64,000 nt of DNA from Sphaerodactylus townsendi (GCF_021028975.2 NC_059426.1:154380001-154444000); one strand, 5' to 3'; shown: positions 36,801 to 51,800, numbered from the stretch's first letter. Numbers and translations: made by a program. Notes: generated by a model not told the origin, from the sequence alone.

Positions 36801-39800
36801 CCAGTTTCCTGTTGGTTTCTCCAGAGGCGTAGCAAGGGGGAAAAGCGCCCAGTGCACTGGTGCGTCCTCTGCCCCGCCCCAGAATGCACCCGCCCTGCCC
36901 CAGAATGCCACCCCCACCACACCCCCAGAACGCCCTCGCCATACCCGCACAGGGGCACCGGTGCGTCATGCCCCCCCACCCCATATAGGAGAATGGTGAC
37001 ATAATCTCTGGAACATCTGATCTGTCAAAGAAAAACATAGCTTTTAAAAACTCTGCATTTGTAATTACTATCATGGGATGGTCCCTGAATGAAAGGGCTT
37101 GCGTAAAGATATCATCATATCATTGGCTTCCAGTAGAGTTCCGGATCATCTTCAAGGTGTTGGTGTTGACCTTTAAGGCCATTCGCGGCCTGGGGCCATC
37201 GTATCTTCGAGACCGCATCACCCCATACGTCCCTACACGGCCTCTCCGATCGGCAGAGGCCAATCTACTGGTGGTCCCTGGCCCCTCGGCAATGCGGCTG
37301 GCCTCCACACGGGCCAGGACCTTTACAGCCCTGGCCCCGGCCTGGTGGAACGCTCTTCCACCAGCTGTTCGGGCCCTGCGGGACCTTGGGGAGTTCCGCA
37401 GGGCCTGTAAGACGGAGCTGTTCCGCCAGGCCTTTGGAGGAACCGGCCGCTAATAGTGCCCCTTCCTTGGCCCTTAATATCTGGGCCGCTTACCACCTAA
37501 TGAGACTCGCCATGCCTCCCTTTACCGTGGGGAGGGAGGGACTTTATATTTTTGGAACGCTGGACGCCACCTTACATCTTGAATTTAAATTTAAATCTAA
37601 ACTTGAGTTTTATACTTGGTAATTATATTGGGAAATTTTATCGCTGCTTTTAAATGTTTATTTAATTATATTGTGTTTTAAATGTTGTACACCGCCCAGA
37701 GCCCTTCGGGGATAGGGCGGTATAAAAATCTAATAAAATAATAATAATAATAATCATTTCTGTTGACTGTGATGGACAGGTTAGTTCCTGCCATTCCCTA
37801 GCGATAAAAGAGAGCTAATTGATGGTCAGAGAGAGAGGGTTGGAATATAGCAGTTAAGAACAGCAGTTGTGAGCTGGCAGCTGAGAGGGGAAAGGAGGAT
37901 GTCTGACCAAGAGAAACTACAACAAAGAGCTGCTTAGAGTGGGCTGAAAACAGTACATTTGTGACCAAAAGATCACAATTGCAGGATTAGGGCTACATTT
38001 CAAAAGTTCAACGGAAGCAGAATTTTGTAACTTCTACCTTACTGTCTTCAGTGTTATGTTAATACCATAAAGAAAAATTAACTTCTTGTTTTGTTCAACC
38101 CTATGGGCCACATATCTAAAGGAAACAAACGCACACACAGTTACATAGCTCAGTCTTTCTCTATATTATAAAATATGAATAAAGGGTGGCATTATGTGGG
38201 TGGAACAGTGCTCAAGCCCTAACTCCAAACTCTGTGTGAGTGAGAACTTGCTATTAAAAAGAGCTGGGCTACCCTGTGTGTAGATGTCTCTGAGCAGTGG
38301 GAGCAGCAATGGCATAGTGGTTAAGAGCAGGTGTATTCTAATCTGGAGGAATCGGGTTTGATTTCCTGCTCTACCTCCTGAGCTGTGGAGGCTTATCTGG
38401 GGAATTCAGATTAGCCTGTACACTCCAACACAAGCCAGCTGGGTGACCCTGGGCTAGTTCTTCAGAGCTCTCTCAGCCCCACCCACTTCACAGGGTGTTT
38501 GTTGTGAGGGGGGAAGGGCAAGGAGGTTGTCAGCCCCTTTGAGTCTCCTTACAGGAGATAAAGGTGGGATATAAATCCAACTCTTCTTATTCTGTGAGTG
38601 AGAGAAAGGACCTGAGGTGTAAAATGATCATGGCTCTCTTTATATTTTAAAAGAGATAAGAAGGGTGGTGAGTATGTTGTTGTAACCTACAAGTGACCCC
38701 CAGCTTGAGAAATAAATTGAAGATTGTGGTAGACACTTTATCTGAATGAAGAAAGGGTGTTATATCTATTGATGAAAAAAAAAGTCAAAAAGTAAAAAAC
38801 CCAGTGGAATCAGGTTAGGGTTTACATGTTTGGCAATGGTAATGAATGTTTTTTTTAATGTTTTGTTGTGCAGTATCCATACAGGGACTGTGACATCAGC
38901 AAAACTGTGCTGCATCTCATCCACATAACTGTAAACACGCTTAATGCACAGTATCACAGCTGCAAGCCTCATGCCACTACGGGGCCTTTGTACAGCGACA
39001 ACAGCAACATTAGCAGATACAGTGAGAAGGAAAAAGGTACTAAATAATATTAGATACAACTGTGAATTTTCCAGATCCATGGATGGTATTGGTCAGGAAA
39101 GATGGCATTCTGGAACTGTTGATCTAGATTAGGAATGGCCATACAACGTGTATAAAAACCTAGCATTTAAACACTGAAAAATGAATTAGGCTTCCAGTCG
39201 ACAATTTGTTTTAGGAACTGAAGTTGAATCCAGCCCTGAGTTTATATGATTTTCCAAAGAGTTTTAGAAGACACAAAGTTTCCTGATTAGACTTGATCCT
39301 TCAAGCTAATCTTGTGTCACTTTTAATAATATCTAAGGAAGACTTGCCTCAGATGCTGTCCTGGGAGGCTTAAGAAGAAAAGAATTAAAAATAGATTTTT
39401 GGATGGTGTCCCATCTGTCACTGTCTGCATCAATACCTTTTCTGGTTTGGTGCACCCAACTTTATGATTGCTAGTTTGAAGCAAGAAAGAGTGTCTGCCC
39501 CCAGCTGAATTCACACATCCCCAGGCAAATCAGAGACCACTTTGGCACAAGGTTTTTTTTATAGTGTCTGAATTTAACTGGTTCTTGATCAACAGAGTGG
39601 ATACACGATTTGCTGTAGGCAGAAGAATGATGGCATCCGAGTTGGATGGAGCAGTTCTAGCCTCAGAGGACACTAAGAAGTTGGTAGAAGTTCCCCCAAT
39701 GAGGATTCTAAGTTAGTTTGATGGAGCAGGAATTTGCTTTCCATTATGAGATGGTTTGATTCTTGTGGTTCCTCATGGGCCTTTTGATACTGTCCAGTTC

Positions 39801-42800
39801 TTGAGTGGCAGCTAAGCTTGCCTTGACATTGGTGAAGGTGAAATATGGCTACCTATGGTTAGTTTTAAGGAGTTGGTGTCTGAGAGGACCTGATTGTGAG
39901 TAAAAACCACACACGTGTGAGGTAAAAGTCAGTGTGGTATAGTGACTAGTGTGTAGGACTAGGAGTGGGATTGGGAAGACCTCTGAAGACTCCTTGGTGA
40001 TTTTGGATGCCAGGCATTCTGCCTTAGTTTAATATGGAGGGGGGAACTATGTACACCACCCTGAACCTCATAGAGAAAAGATGGGATAAAAACATGCTAG
40101 ATAGATAAGTAGAATCATATTTACAGTATCTCTGTTAAATGTAACTTTGATAAGCATGGCAGGATTATTTCCTGATGTGATAGAATCCAAGGCCCCTTCC
40201 GCACACGCAAAATAATGTGTTTTCAAACCACTTTCACAACTGTTTGCAAGTGGATTTTGCCATTCCGCACAGCTTCAAACAGCACTGAAAGCAGTTTGAA
40301 AGTGCATTATTTTGCATGTGCGGAACGAGCCCAGGACTTTGCTGCTTGTAATAAGACCAAAGATCCATAAATAAGGAGTTAACTACAGCAGCTTGTGATT
40401 GATTGGCAGCTAGAGAGCCAGTTTTCAGTCAGATCTGTGAGGACTGAGGGGGATTCTGAGGCAGAGAGAGCTAAGGAACAGTTGTAGAGTGAACTGCTCC
40501 ATTCTCTTGGTGAAAAGCTTTCTCATTGCAAAGGGGCAAGTCAGGCAGATGAGAATGGTCTGTTCTGAGTTCCCAGAAATATCACAGTGATACATTAAAG
40601 CACACTGGTTGCTAAATTATGTCTGGGGGGGGGATGCACTAAAGGAGAATAAGCAAAGAAGGCTTATTGGGTAAAGTGGTATTTCACAGAGGAGAGAGTG
40701 GATTCAATTCTGTAGGGAAGCAGAAAAGAGAAATCCTACTCAAAAGCCTTAGCGTGTGACAGAAGACAAAACCAGCATAATTAGTCCGGTTTGATAGGAG
40801 GAGTGCAAGTTGATAACATCTGAATACCACTTATAAATACTGTTTGCTGCTTTGCTAAAATAATCTGCTGGGGGCAATGGCCCATATGCTGGCCTAGGAC
40901 CAAAGGAAGACCCAAATTTGAATTTCTGTTCAGCTGTAGGGCTCACTGGATAGCTTAGGTACAGTTGATCTTTCCGTCAGTATAACATACTTCACAGAGT
41001 TAGTATGAGATAAAATCAGAAAACTTATTACATGAATGAAAAGGGTGGTCTCCAATTTACTCCACCAACACAAGAGAGAATCTCCAATTTCTTATAATTT
41101 CTATTTTTATCTGTACTTCCTTGCCCCATTTCCCTTCAGTGTAATGCATGTTACCTTGAGCTCCTGGGGAGATGGTGGTTGAAAGTTCTACCAAGTCCCA
41201 GTTGATTTATGGTGACCCTGTAAAATTTTCAAGGCAAGAGATGAATAGACGTGGTTTGTCATTGCCTGCCTCTCTGCAGCAACCCTTGTCTTCCTTGGTG
41301 GTTTCCTATCCATGTACTAACCAGGGCTGACCCTGCTTAGCATCTGAAACCTGATTAAATCAAGCAAGCCTAAGCCATCCAGGTAAGGGCACCTGGAAGG
41401 TGGGAGATAGAAAAACGATAACATTTAAAACAGTAGTAACTAAAGTGAAAATGATTCATGCTGAGGATCCGCAGAGCAGATCTGCAAAGAGTTGCTCCAT
41501 CTGCATCCATTCAGATTAGTGGGTTTAGACTGGAGTAACTCCATGCAGAATTGCACTGGTGGTGTTTGCTTTGTGTAATGGTGCGGTGAGGCAGGTTTAG
41601 TAACTTACTTGAATGAATTTGGAGGATCAGTGCACATTTGCCAAAATTCTTGATGTGTTGAAAATGACACAGTGAACTTCTGAAGGGCGACACTGTTTTT
41701 TTCCCCTTCTTTTTTCAGCAGAGGAAGACAGTGTCTTTGATGAATCTGACATTCACGACACACCCACCGGAACAGGCAATAAGGAGTCTCAAACTTTCTT
41801 TGCAAGGCTGAAAAGGATTGGAGGCAGCAAAGTGGTGAAATACCAGCCAGTTGAGATGAATGCTCAGAGAAGTATGACACTTTACAATCGGATATTACAA
41901 ATATACTTTCATGCCAGATTTCCCTCCCCTGAAGACACTTAGTGTTTACGAATGTATAAATGCCACATATATTGCAAACTGTCCCAACAGAGGGGCTGTG
42001 AACATAGCTGCCGTCAGCTGCAAGTGTAGTGAAAGATGAAGAGTTCTTCATTGTTTTACTGGGCAGTGTGCAAGACCTAGTGGCCAGACAGGTGCGCAGA
42101 TGCAACCCACTCACCTGACATGTATCTCCAACGGCATCCCCAGTGCTAATCTGATCCTCACTGAATTAGCTATAATGCATTTTGTGTTGGAAATAAGGAT
42201 CTATACTTAGGGCCACAGGTTTTACTTGTGATTGGTTGCCTGTGACCGCAGTTGAACGTGGGTTGTTCCTTTCAAAAGTACACTTGCAGTTCCTAATTGT
42301 ATAAACATTGTGCTTTGAAGTTTGTTAACCTGAATGCACAACATTGACATCAGGATGGGCAGCTGTCAGGCTGATCTTGTGGCCATCTTTCAGTAAACTA
42401 AGGATGGTTTTTAGTGCTTCTGAGGCCTTGGGCAGAAGTCCAGGAAGGGTCCCAGAATCACTGGCACGCCCACTAAGGCCCTTGCTGTGCCACCCTCCCT
42501 CCCTCCCTCCCTCCCTCCTGTCAGTTTCAAGCAAGGAGCAGCTTTTTGTCTGTGTGAAGTGTGGGGAGCCTTTGCCTCCACTGAAAGCTGGCTACCCTAC
42601 CCTCAACCAGATACCCCCCTCTGTTGGAGATGATTCAGCCCCCCACCTCACACAGAGTCCAGGGCAGCTGTCCCTATTGTCCAATTGTTAAGACCAGTGT
42701 TTCTCAACCTGGGGGTCGGGACCCCTTTGGGGGTCGAACGACCCTTTCACAGGGGTCGCCTAAGACTCTCTGCATCAGTGTTCTCCATCTGTAAAATGGA

Positions 42801-45800
42801 TAGATGTTAGGGTTGGGGTCACTACAACTTGAGGACTTGTATTAAAGGGTCACGGCATTAGGAAGGTTGAGAACCACTGGTTAAGACCATCCCTAGAAGA
42901 GACAACAAATACCAACTATTTGAAATCTAAGCAGTGTGTGAATTTCAGAGCAAAAGTGTTCCTGATAAATTCTAGATTGGCATTACATTCTCAGCCCTTT
43001 TCACATGTTTGATTTTGACAATCTAACTTCGCTTAATGGAAGTGTGCATAACCCACCAGATCAGTGACCCACCAGACCAGTCACCCTCTTTTTGTTTGCT
43101 CACTAAGTCAGCACATCATGACATTGGCCTTGGGGAATCTCATGCTGGGTTAGTCTTGAGTTAGTTTTGTACCTTGGGGAACCTTCACCTTAAAGGTAAT
43201 TTTGCAATTAAAAACATGTTTTTGTGTCTAAAGCATCTGTCGTATTGAATGGTGAGATAACAATATGATGATTGTTGCAAGAAGGGGGAAACCCACTTGT
43301 GATGAAGTAGTACTAGCTTTTCCCCCCCTGTTTCATCCAGGTGAAATAGAACTGGCCGAATATAGAGAAACTGGCGTATTGCAAGACAACATTCTGCACT
43401 GTGTGAGAGAAGAAAGCATTCAGAAAAAGAAACTGCGGTCCCTTAAACAAAAATCTCTTGACATAGGAAATGCCGACTCCCTGTTGTTTACGTTAGATGA
43501 GCACCGCAGGAAGTCGTGCATAGACCGCTGTGACTTAGAGAAGCCACCAAGGCAGAATGGACGATCTCAGGAGAATTCTTCCACTAAGAACGACGATGCA
43601 GAAACAGGGGAGAATGAAACCCCCCCGGCCATCCCAGTCAAAATTCCGGCAAGGAGAAGACCCATCATTCCAGAAGTCAGGTTGAACTGCATGGAACCGT
43701 ACGAAGTGAAAGTGGATTCTCCAGTGAAAGCTTCTCCTCCAAAAGAGGACTTAGATCTAATAGACCTGTCTTCTGATTCAACATCAGGGCCTGAAAAGCA
43801 ATCCATTGTTTCTAATTCAGACAGTGACTCCTTGGTCTTTGAGCCGCTGCCTCCTCTCAGGATAGTGGAAAGCGACGAAGAAGAAGCTGATATCCTAAGT
43901 CAGCTGACTGATGGAGTCTCCAGCAAGATGGCCACTTCCACCCCTTCAAGCCCCACCAGCATCTCTGTGCTCAGCTTCAGCATAACCCCGGTGGTGCAGT
44001 TCAGCATTGAGGATTGCTCCAGAGACTTGACCCCGACCGAAGAAAGCAAGTTTGTCTCATTCGCACAAGAGGAAACGCCCTTGGTGGCTCCTGATGGCCA
44101 AAGGGATGTCGAAGAGTTACCTAAGCCAGAAGAAGCCCACAAGGTGACTTGTGGTAGCCCGCTGTTGACACTTAAGCAAAAGCGAGATTTGCTGCAGAAG
44201 TCCTCTGCTCTTCCAGAGATGTCTATTGATGACAGCTTTGACTTCTTTGTGGATGAAATTAAGCCAGGGGGATCTCTTTCCACTTCGAGTGGGAAAACTG
44301 TCCTCATCAAGGTACCGGAGGACTCTGAGAACCAAAGTGAAAGCGATGTACCCGATACCAATGTGGAATCGGATACTGAACAAAGCGTGGAGCAAAAACC
44401 AGAGGAAGCAGAAGAATCTGAGTTTAAGATTCAAATCGTGCCCAGGCAGAGGAAACAGCGGAAGATTGCAGTGAGTGCTATCCAGAGAGAATACCTTGAC
44501 ATTTCCTTCAACATCTTGGACAAATTGGGGGAGCAGAAAGATGCAGGTGAGGCAAACCTAAAGTTTATTCACCTTCCGCAATATCTGATGAAGGGAACTT
44601 TGACTTGTACCTTGAAAAATCTTCTTAGTCTCTAAGGTGCTACTGAACTTGAGTTCCCCATCCCCCACCCACCATCAGATTTTCTTACAGCTATTTATGC
44701 AGGAGACTATTATTTACATGGCTCTCTGCAGATTTTTGTCTACTCACTAGTACATAAAAGTCTAGGACCAACAAAAAACCATTCTCTTTTGGAAACCCCC
44801 AATTGTTCCTCTGTGTCCTCTATGTCCCATTCTGTGTCTGTCTCATTCAATTATCCCCAGTCTTGTGAGTTAGGTTGTGTGTTGTGACTGTACTGTACAG
44901 AAGAACATGCCAGGATTTTAATATCTGTCATTTAGTACGGTAGTTACAGATGTAATATCAACTCAAGTGTCAGGTAAAGCTGTGAGATGTGATTCCTAGG
45001 GTGCCTGTATAGAGGTTTCAGGAATCACATTTGCTTCTACTTCCTCACATACCATTCCAGACCTTGAGGCATTGTCCATTCAGCTTGGATGTCTTCCTAG
45101 GACATCTTAGTTCTTAATCAGTATGCTTTGATTTGGCCATTTTGGTATACCATGCTTTGTTTTGGTGCCAGCCCTTCTCTAATTAATGCCTGATTATTGC
45201 CTGGCTACCCATTGCATCCAACCAACTAGGGTTGCCAACCCAGCTTCAAGTTGTGGCAGGAGCATCTGGGGAGGTAGAGACTTCAATACAGCATTGTGTG
45301 ACACTGTGACATCTCCTCAGACTAGTGTTGCTGTGTTGTGTGGATGCTCATTTGTTCCAAGGCCTGGATATGACATAAATGTGACTTAGTTGGGTCTGGC
45401 CTCAGGGTGGGGGTGCCTGCCTCGGCTGATCCCAGAGTGGGTCAGCCTGCAGTGTGGGGGGTGGGGGTGGGGCTGCCTTGAGAGGACTTCTAAAGCCCAC
45501 AAGCCAAGTGGGGGAATTCCCCCCACTCCTGATTTAACCTGGTGAGCCTGGGCTTGCCAGCCCAGATCAGGAGCGATGGGGGAGGGGTTGCTTCAGCTGG
45601 CTTGCCGGCCTCATAAGCCCCCTCAAAGAGTCAGATATGGCCCCTGAGCTGCATGTTTGACGCTCCTGCTCTAGGATTTCCCTGAACTCGCAGGAAAATT
45701 CCTAGAGTGTCCCCACATTGACACTGGAATAATTTCTGGGTTCCAGTCAGAAGTGGTACAGTGTGATGCTTTCTTCCCTCCCTCCCCCACAACACTACAT

Positions 45801-48800
45801 TGTGCAATGGTGGGGAATGGGGAGTGCCAGAGGAGTTTGCCTGCTATGAGTGGGTAAATGGCAGACCTACAGACAACTGTGCTTCCTACATTAAGAAAGG
45901 CCTAATCTCCAGCATTTTTGGGGTTCTCCATTCTTTCCGTTGTACATACTTCCTGTTGCACAGGACTATGTCAAATGCTTTGCCTTTTAGCAGATTTCTG
46001 CAAAATGGTACTTGTGATTGCATCTCAATATTTTTTCCATTTCGGGAGTTCAGTTTGGGGTTAATCACATGCATATGGAAGAAAGCAGAAAGCAGAATGG
46101 ATTTGTGTTGGTTGATACGCATTACTAGCAGAGTTTAGCAGATACCAATAAAGACCCAGATACTAATGAGTTGCTTTAGTATAAAAGTTTACAAAGCTAA
46201 AAGGGTAGGGTAACATGGAGATAAAACAAATACTGTACTGTTACATATTTACAGTTGTCTCAGCACATGGCGAGAACTGAGAGTCAGAGTGTCAGAGTTT
46301 GAGTGTGAGAACAAAGAAAGCAAGTTAACTTTATAACTTCAAGTATACATGCTCATAAATGTGTAAGCAATGGCTGTCAAACTGGCCAATAGCTATTCAA
46401 TAGCTCAGCTCATTAGAATATGACCTCAACACCCTGTTTACACGCAGCATGATTGGTTGTGACAGACACTTGCAAATACCAACTATTTGAGATCTAAGCA
46501 GCGTGTGAATTTCAGAGCAAAAGTGTTCCTGATACATTCTAGGTTGGCATTAAATTCTCAACCCTTTTCACATGTTTGATTTTGACAATCTAACTGCGCT
46601 TAATGGGAGTGTGCATAACCCATGGTCCTGCTGATACACACAGTCACCATGTTCTGTGAAAAGGAGCAACATATATTTTCCATGCATGAACATTTCAGTA
46701 TAAGCAAGTGGGACTCCAGATTTTTGAAGGGATCTGTTCATGTGTACCGCATGGAAAATACAAACATTCCCTCTTTTTGCACAACATGATGATTGCTCAT
46801 ATGAGCAGGATTGCATGGTTGCTCTCTAAGTATTTGAAGGGTTGTCACTTAGAGGAGGGCAGGGGGTTGTTCCTGATGGCAGTAGAGGGTAGGACTCAAA
46901 TTAATGGGTTTAAATTATGGGTGGAAAGGTACTGGCTGGGTATTAGGAAAAACTTTTTATAGCAAGAGTGGTTCAATGGTGGAATCAGCTGTCTAGGGAG
47001 GAGGTGACTTCCCCTCACTGGTAGTTTTCAAGCAGAAGCTAGGCAATCACTGGTCAGGGATGTCCAAGGCTGCTCCTGTTTTGAGCAGGGGGCTGGACTA
47101 GATGGCTTTTATGTTGCCTTCCAACTCTATGATTCTATAAGGCATACTCCTGTAATTTGTGTTTGGCACAACAAAACTAAAATGCCTGAGTGTCTGCTGG
47201 ATGTCTTACATATACTGCAACTGAAGCTGTTAAGTTCTAGCAAAGTGCTCAGATTATGACATCTACTGCAAGTGTGAGGAGCATGTATATTGGGGGTGCA
47301 ATACAGTCCTATACAAAGAAACACACTGCTCCATCTCTTTGGATCTCTGTTAGTAGGGACACATTGTCAATAGTGAAAGGCAAGATACTCTGTTTTCAAA
47401 CACCCCTTTATTTACATGGAAGAAAATTCAGCTTGTACCCAAGGACACTATTGGGGTGGCAGTGTAACGACCCAGGTGATACCAGCCGTTGAGAATCAAG
47501 CTTGCTGCTTTATGAGTAGCCCTGTCTCTTCATTTGTGGATGTATCATACCTTGATATCCCCCATGATACTCGTGCAAAAAAAAAAGCGCTAGTGAAATG
47601 TGAGCTAGACAATGTTAGGTGGATTTGTAATTGGCTGACCAACCAAACCCAAAGGGTAATCACCAATGGTTCCTCTTCATCCTGGAGAGAAGTGACTAGT
47701 GGGGTACCTCAGGGTTCTGTTCTGGGCTCAGTGCTGTTCAATATTTTTATCAGTGACTTGGATGATGCAATAGTGGTTTGATTGTGTCTTTGTGCATGGC
47801 AAGGGGTTGGACTGGATGGTTCTTGTGGTCTCTTCCAACTCTACGGTTCTATGAAAACAACTGAGTGATGGCTACCGTGTATATGGGACTTTCCTTGCAG
47901 GGATCTAAGGTTCTCTGCGTATGTAGCTGTGTGCAGTACACGTTGACCCTGTGGAATCTCTGTGAATGGGTTCTGGAGCACCCAGGCAGAGCTGGTTCCA
48001 GAGTTCAGGGGATCCAGGAACAATGTTCTCCTGTAGACTCCCTACTGTGCATGTGTTCACACACAGATGGGGGCTTGATGTAAAGCAAGAAGGACAAGTT
48101 GGCTCAGCTCCTTCCATAGCCATCCATCCCAGTTGGAAATGCGAGATTGCCCCAGAAACTCTGTTGAAGTCACAGGAAATCAGCAGAGCACGTGTTCTTT
48201 AAAGCCCCTTTTCAATTAGAAATCAGTGCTGTAGCCTTGTGCTTCAGTAAGAGGTTGGCATTGGGTCCTTCTGTTGATCCCAGTGGCGCAGAAGTTGCTC
48301 CACACTTGTTGATCCTCGATACCAACTCTGACCCACTGACAAGAGCAGAAAACACATTCTGTCTTTTCCATAGTGATGACTCTAAATGCAGCACTTCACT
48401 TTTGCCATTAGAATGAATGGCACAAATAAAGGGGGTGAAATCCAGACACTTTTCCAGTAGACTGAGGCACAAATCTGATTGACAGATTATTTTGAATAAT
48501 GTCTTTATTCCCCGGTGATATGGAAAAATGTTTAATTTCTTCAAGACTGCCTCTTGTGGTACCAGATGGTGAAACAGCATATTGGTGAGAAAAAGTAAAA
48601 GCATTAGAGGAAAAAGAGGTCAGTGAACTGATCCCAAAAGCAAAAAGAGACTCAGAATTCAAGCCCGATTTCTCTTTTGCAGATGCTTCAGCTAAAGTAC
48701 TTTCAACTCTGGAAATGCCAAGAGAATCATCTTCTGCCCCAACCCTTGAAGCGGGCGTCCCAGAGAGAAGTAGTCACTCTTCCATATCGAGTAAGTTCTC

Positions 48801-51800
48801 CCCTGACTTTTAGGAGGGGAACTCAGTGACTGCACTTTTGCCTCTTAGTATATGTTTGCCATCTGGTGCAGTGCCTTCTTTCACTAATTTACACTCGACT
48901 GGAAGTTTATGCACGCTGTGCAATCAGATAATTGACTCCACACATACTGGCACGCTTATGCCAAGCTGTTGCAGCAGAGTTGATGGCAACGTAGCAGTAA
49001 CTTGAGAACGGGGACTTTCAAAACTGATCAGAGTGAGCTGCCTCAAGTCAGCTGTTGAATCCTGCTGAGCTGATCCAGATGGACGGTTGTCATATGTACA
49101 ATCATTGGTTATCACTCTTGGGGTCTGTTTATTGCTTATGCCAATGATAGCAGCCAGCAGTGGGAAAGGGATATTGCCATGGACTATTTCAGCAGAGTGA
49201 ACTAGCACCCAGCAGAGGCGTAGCAAGGGGGAAAAGCACCCAGTGCACCAGTGTGTCCTCCGCCCCCGTCCCACCCCGGAACACCACCACCCCAGCCTGG
49301 ACCGCCATGCGACGCCCTGGAACACCCTTGCCATACTCCCACAGGGGTGTGTGCCCGGTGCGTCGCTCACCCCCCACGTCCCCTTGGAGCTATGCCTCTG
49401 AGACCCAGGGAGAAGTAGCTACCACTCTGATCCAGTAACGTCTTCAGGATTTTTTTTCTCCCTGTGCTCTTTTCTAAGCTTCTTGGATCAGGTTGAATAC
49501 ATCCCAAGACTGGCAAGATCATATCCAGTGCTGTAAGGCCTGACTTTGGTTCACAGTTCCTAATACTGTGTGCCCAAGTGAAGAAAAACTACCTGTGTTG
49601 AAATGTTGAAAGATGCCAATCGTAAATAGCATACCTATGAAGAAAGCATTATTATTTATTTTTAAAAGCTACGGTTAGGAATGGAATGCAATCCTAAAAT
49701 AACCTTGGAAGACGTTGTTTCAACAAAGATACCAATAATGGTTCTTTGCCAGCCCACAATACTAGAGGTTCCTTTCCATAAACTCCTCTAATAAGTTAAT
49801 ATATATAATCAAAGTTGTCCTTGAGAAATCAGATAAATAAATCTCAAAACTGAAACCAGTGCTCTGATAACAAAGAATGTGCCTGAGAGAAGCTTTAATT
49901 TCCATTATAAAAGCTAACAAGGAAGTTTAAAGCAGCCAATTCCTACATTTTTGACAGTCATCTATACCCCGAGAAGTATTGTCTGCTCTGAAATTTTAAT
50001 TGCTGCCCTTTCATTGGGAAATTCTGTATCTGATAAACTAATAAGGCTTTTGTTTTGAACCAGTGCATTGGAGGAGATGAAAATCCCCCCAACTGATATG
50101 AAAATTTACTGTAGAGCTCTTAAAAAGAGAGAGACTCCTATATCAAATGGAATCAGAAACCCTTTGAGCAGCTTAGTTAGGCTAGATAATTGTGTTGTCA
50201 TTGGATCAAGCTAGAGTTTTAAAAGAATTCTGGCGTACTGAAAGAAGAGCTGAACGGAAGTGCAATGGAGGACAATGTACTGCATTGAAACCCATTTGAA
50301 GATGCTTCAATGTGACCTTCTTCAGCAGATGCAATTAAAAAGATGGAACTTGCGGGCGAGAAGCACTCATTCCCATCCAAGGGACCAAATCATTCTGAAT
50401 GCAAGCCATATTGTATACCCATCTCCTTTGGTCTGGACTTCTGGGGAGGGGAAAGAGCATGTGCTTGAAAGTGAAATTCAAATACCAGTGAAACTCTATG
50501 GTTACTGCTGTCCAGATTTCATTTCCAAACTCTCCAACTGCTAATCGAACATGTAAGGTGTGTTCTAACTAGTTGTCCCTGCCTTCTAAAGGCCATTTTA
50601 GGCATACACCTTCTTGCAGATCAGCTGGTTATTGGTTTCCACTAGCAAGCGAACTAGTTACCCAAATGATTAGCTAGCTCTTTTCTTCACCATTTAATAG
50701 CATTTCCATTACATTTTGGGAAAAGGTGATCTTCTCCATCCTGTATAACATGGAAAGTAAATAGGTGACAGCCTGATGTATGCATGTATGGAGGGTGAAG
50801 ACAGTCAGTACCCGAAAGAAGGAAGGCGTATGTATGGAGGTATCTTGGAATAGGTTTCTTCTTGCCTGACTTCTTCAGCTCTTTTCATATAGTTAAAAAT
50901 AAACCTTGTAGACCAATTCCTGCATGGTAGAACTACTTTTACGGTTTGACTATACCAGGGGTAGGGAACCATGGCCAATTGGCCATGCTGACAGAGGCTG
51001 ATGGGAATTGTAGTTCCTGAACATCTGGAGAGCCGCAGGTTCCCTACCCCTGGACTATACAGTGGTACCACATACTACATGAGACTACCTAACTAAGTAT
51101 GGGGTCCAACTAGGTGAGGCTTTTTAAGTGAGGGAAGAAAAGGTGTGTGTGTGTAATCTTCTCAGCTTATTATCACTCATTTTCCCCCTTCATTGGGCCA
51201 ATAGCTGAGAAGGGTAATGCGTTTTGATTAACGACTTTGTGTGGGGCTGGAAGGGTTAGATCTCCTTTCTCCTCCTTGCATGACCCTGAATCTAAACTGG
51301 GAGTCAGTGGCTCTGAATTTATAAAATGAACAGATTTTTGTCACATCTGGCTTGACTCACTGTCAGCCATTATTGGCAGTCTCTCTTCAGACAGAGGCTT
51401 TTCCAATCTTGCCACTGACTTCTGTCACCTGGAAACACCAGGCCAACTTGAGGACTCCAAGCATGCATTACTGAGTTATGATCCGTTCTCTTGGGAAGAA
51501 GAGATGAGTTATAGGCAAGCAGCTAGCCTTCAGCATGGGAACTGGATGAGTCTTGGACATGGCCGTTTTTAGAAGCACAAGATTTGTCTAAAGCCCCCTC
51601 TTTAATATTTGACTCGCAGCTCAGTTCCGACAAATGAAAAGGGGCTCTTTGGGAGCTTTGACGATGAACCAGTTAATGAAGAGGCAACTGGAACACCAGT
51701 GTAGCGCTCCCCATAATATCAGCACTTGGGATACTGGTAAGTGTATAGCTGTAAATATACATTTTTCTTGTTCTGTCCTGTAGCTGGTCTGTGACTAATT

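Noticed and set aside
43567-44434. Antisense ORFs over the large exon
   Set aside because: Shadow frames of the UNC79 coding sequence.
46106-46431. Possible solo LTR (tgttg...caaca); similar candidates near 37770-38120 and 61170-61620
   Set aside because: No matching TSD and no second copy in the window, so it cannot be supported without a library search.
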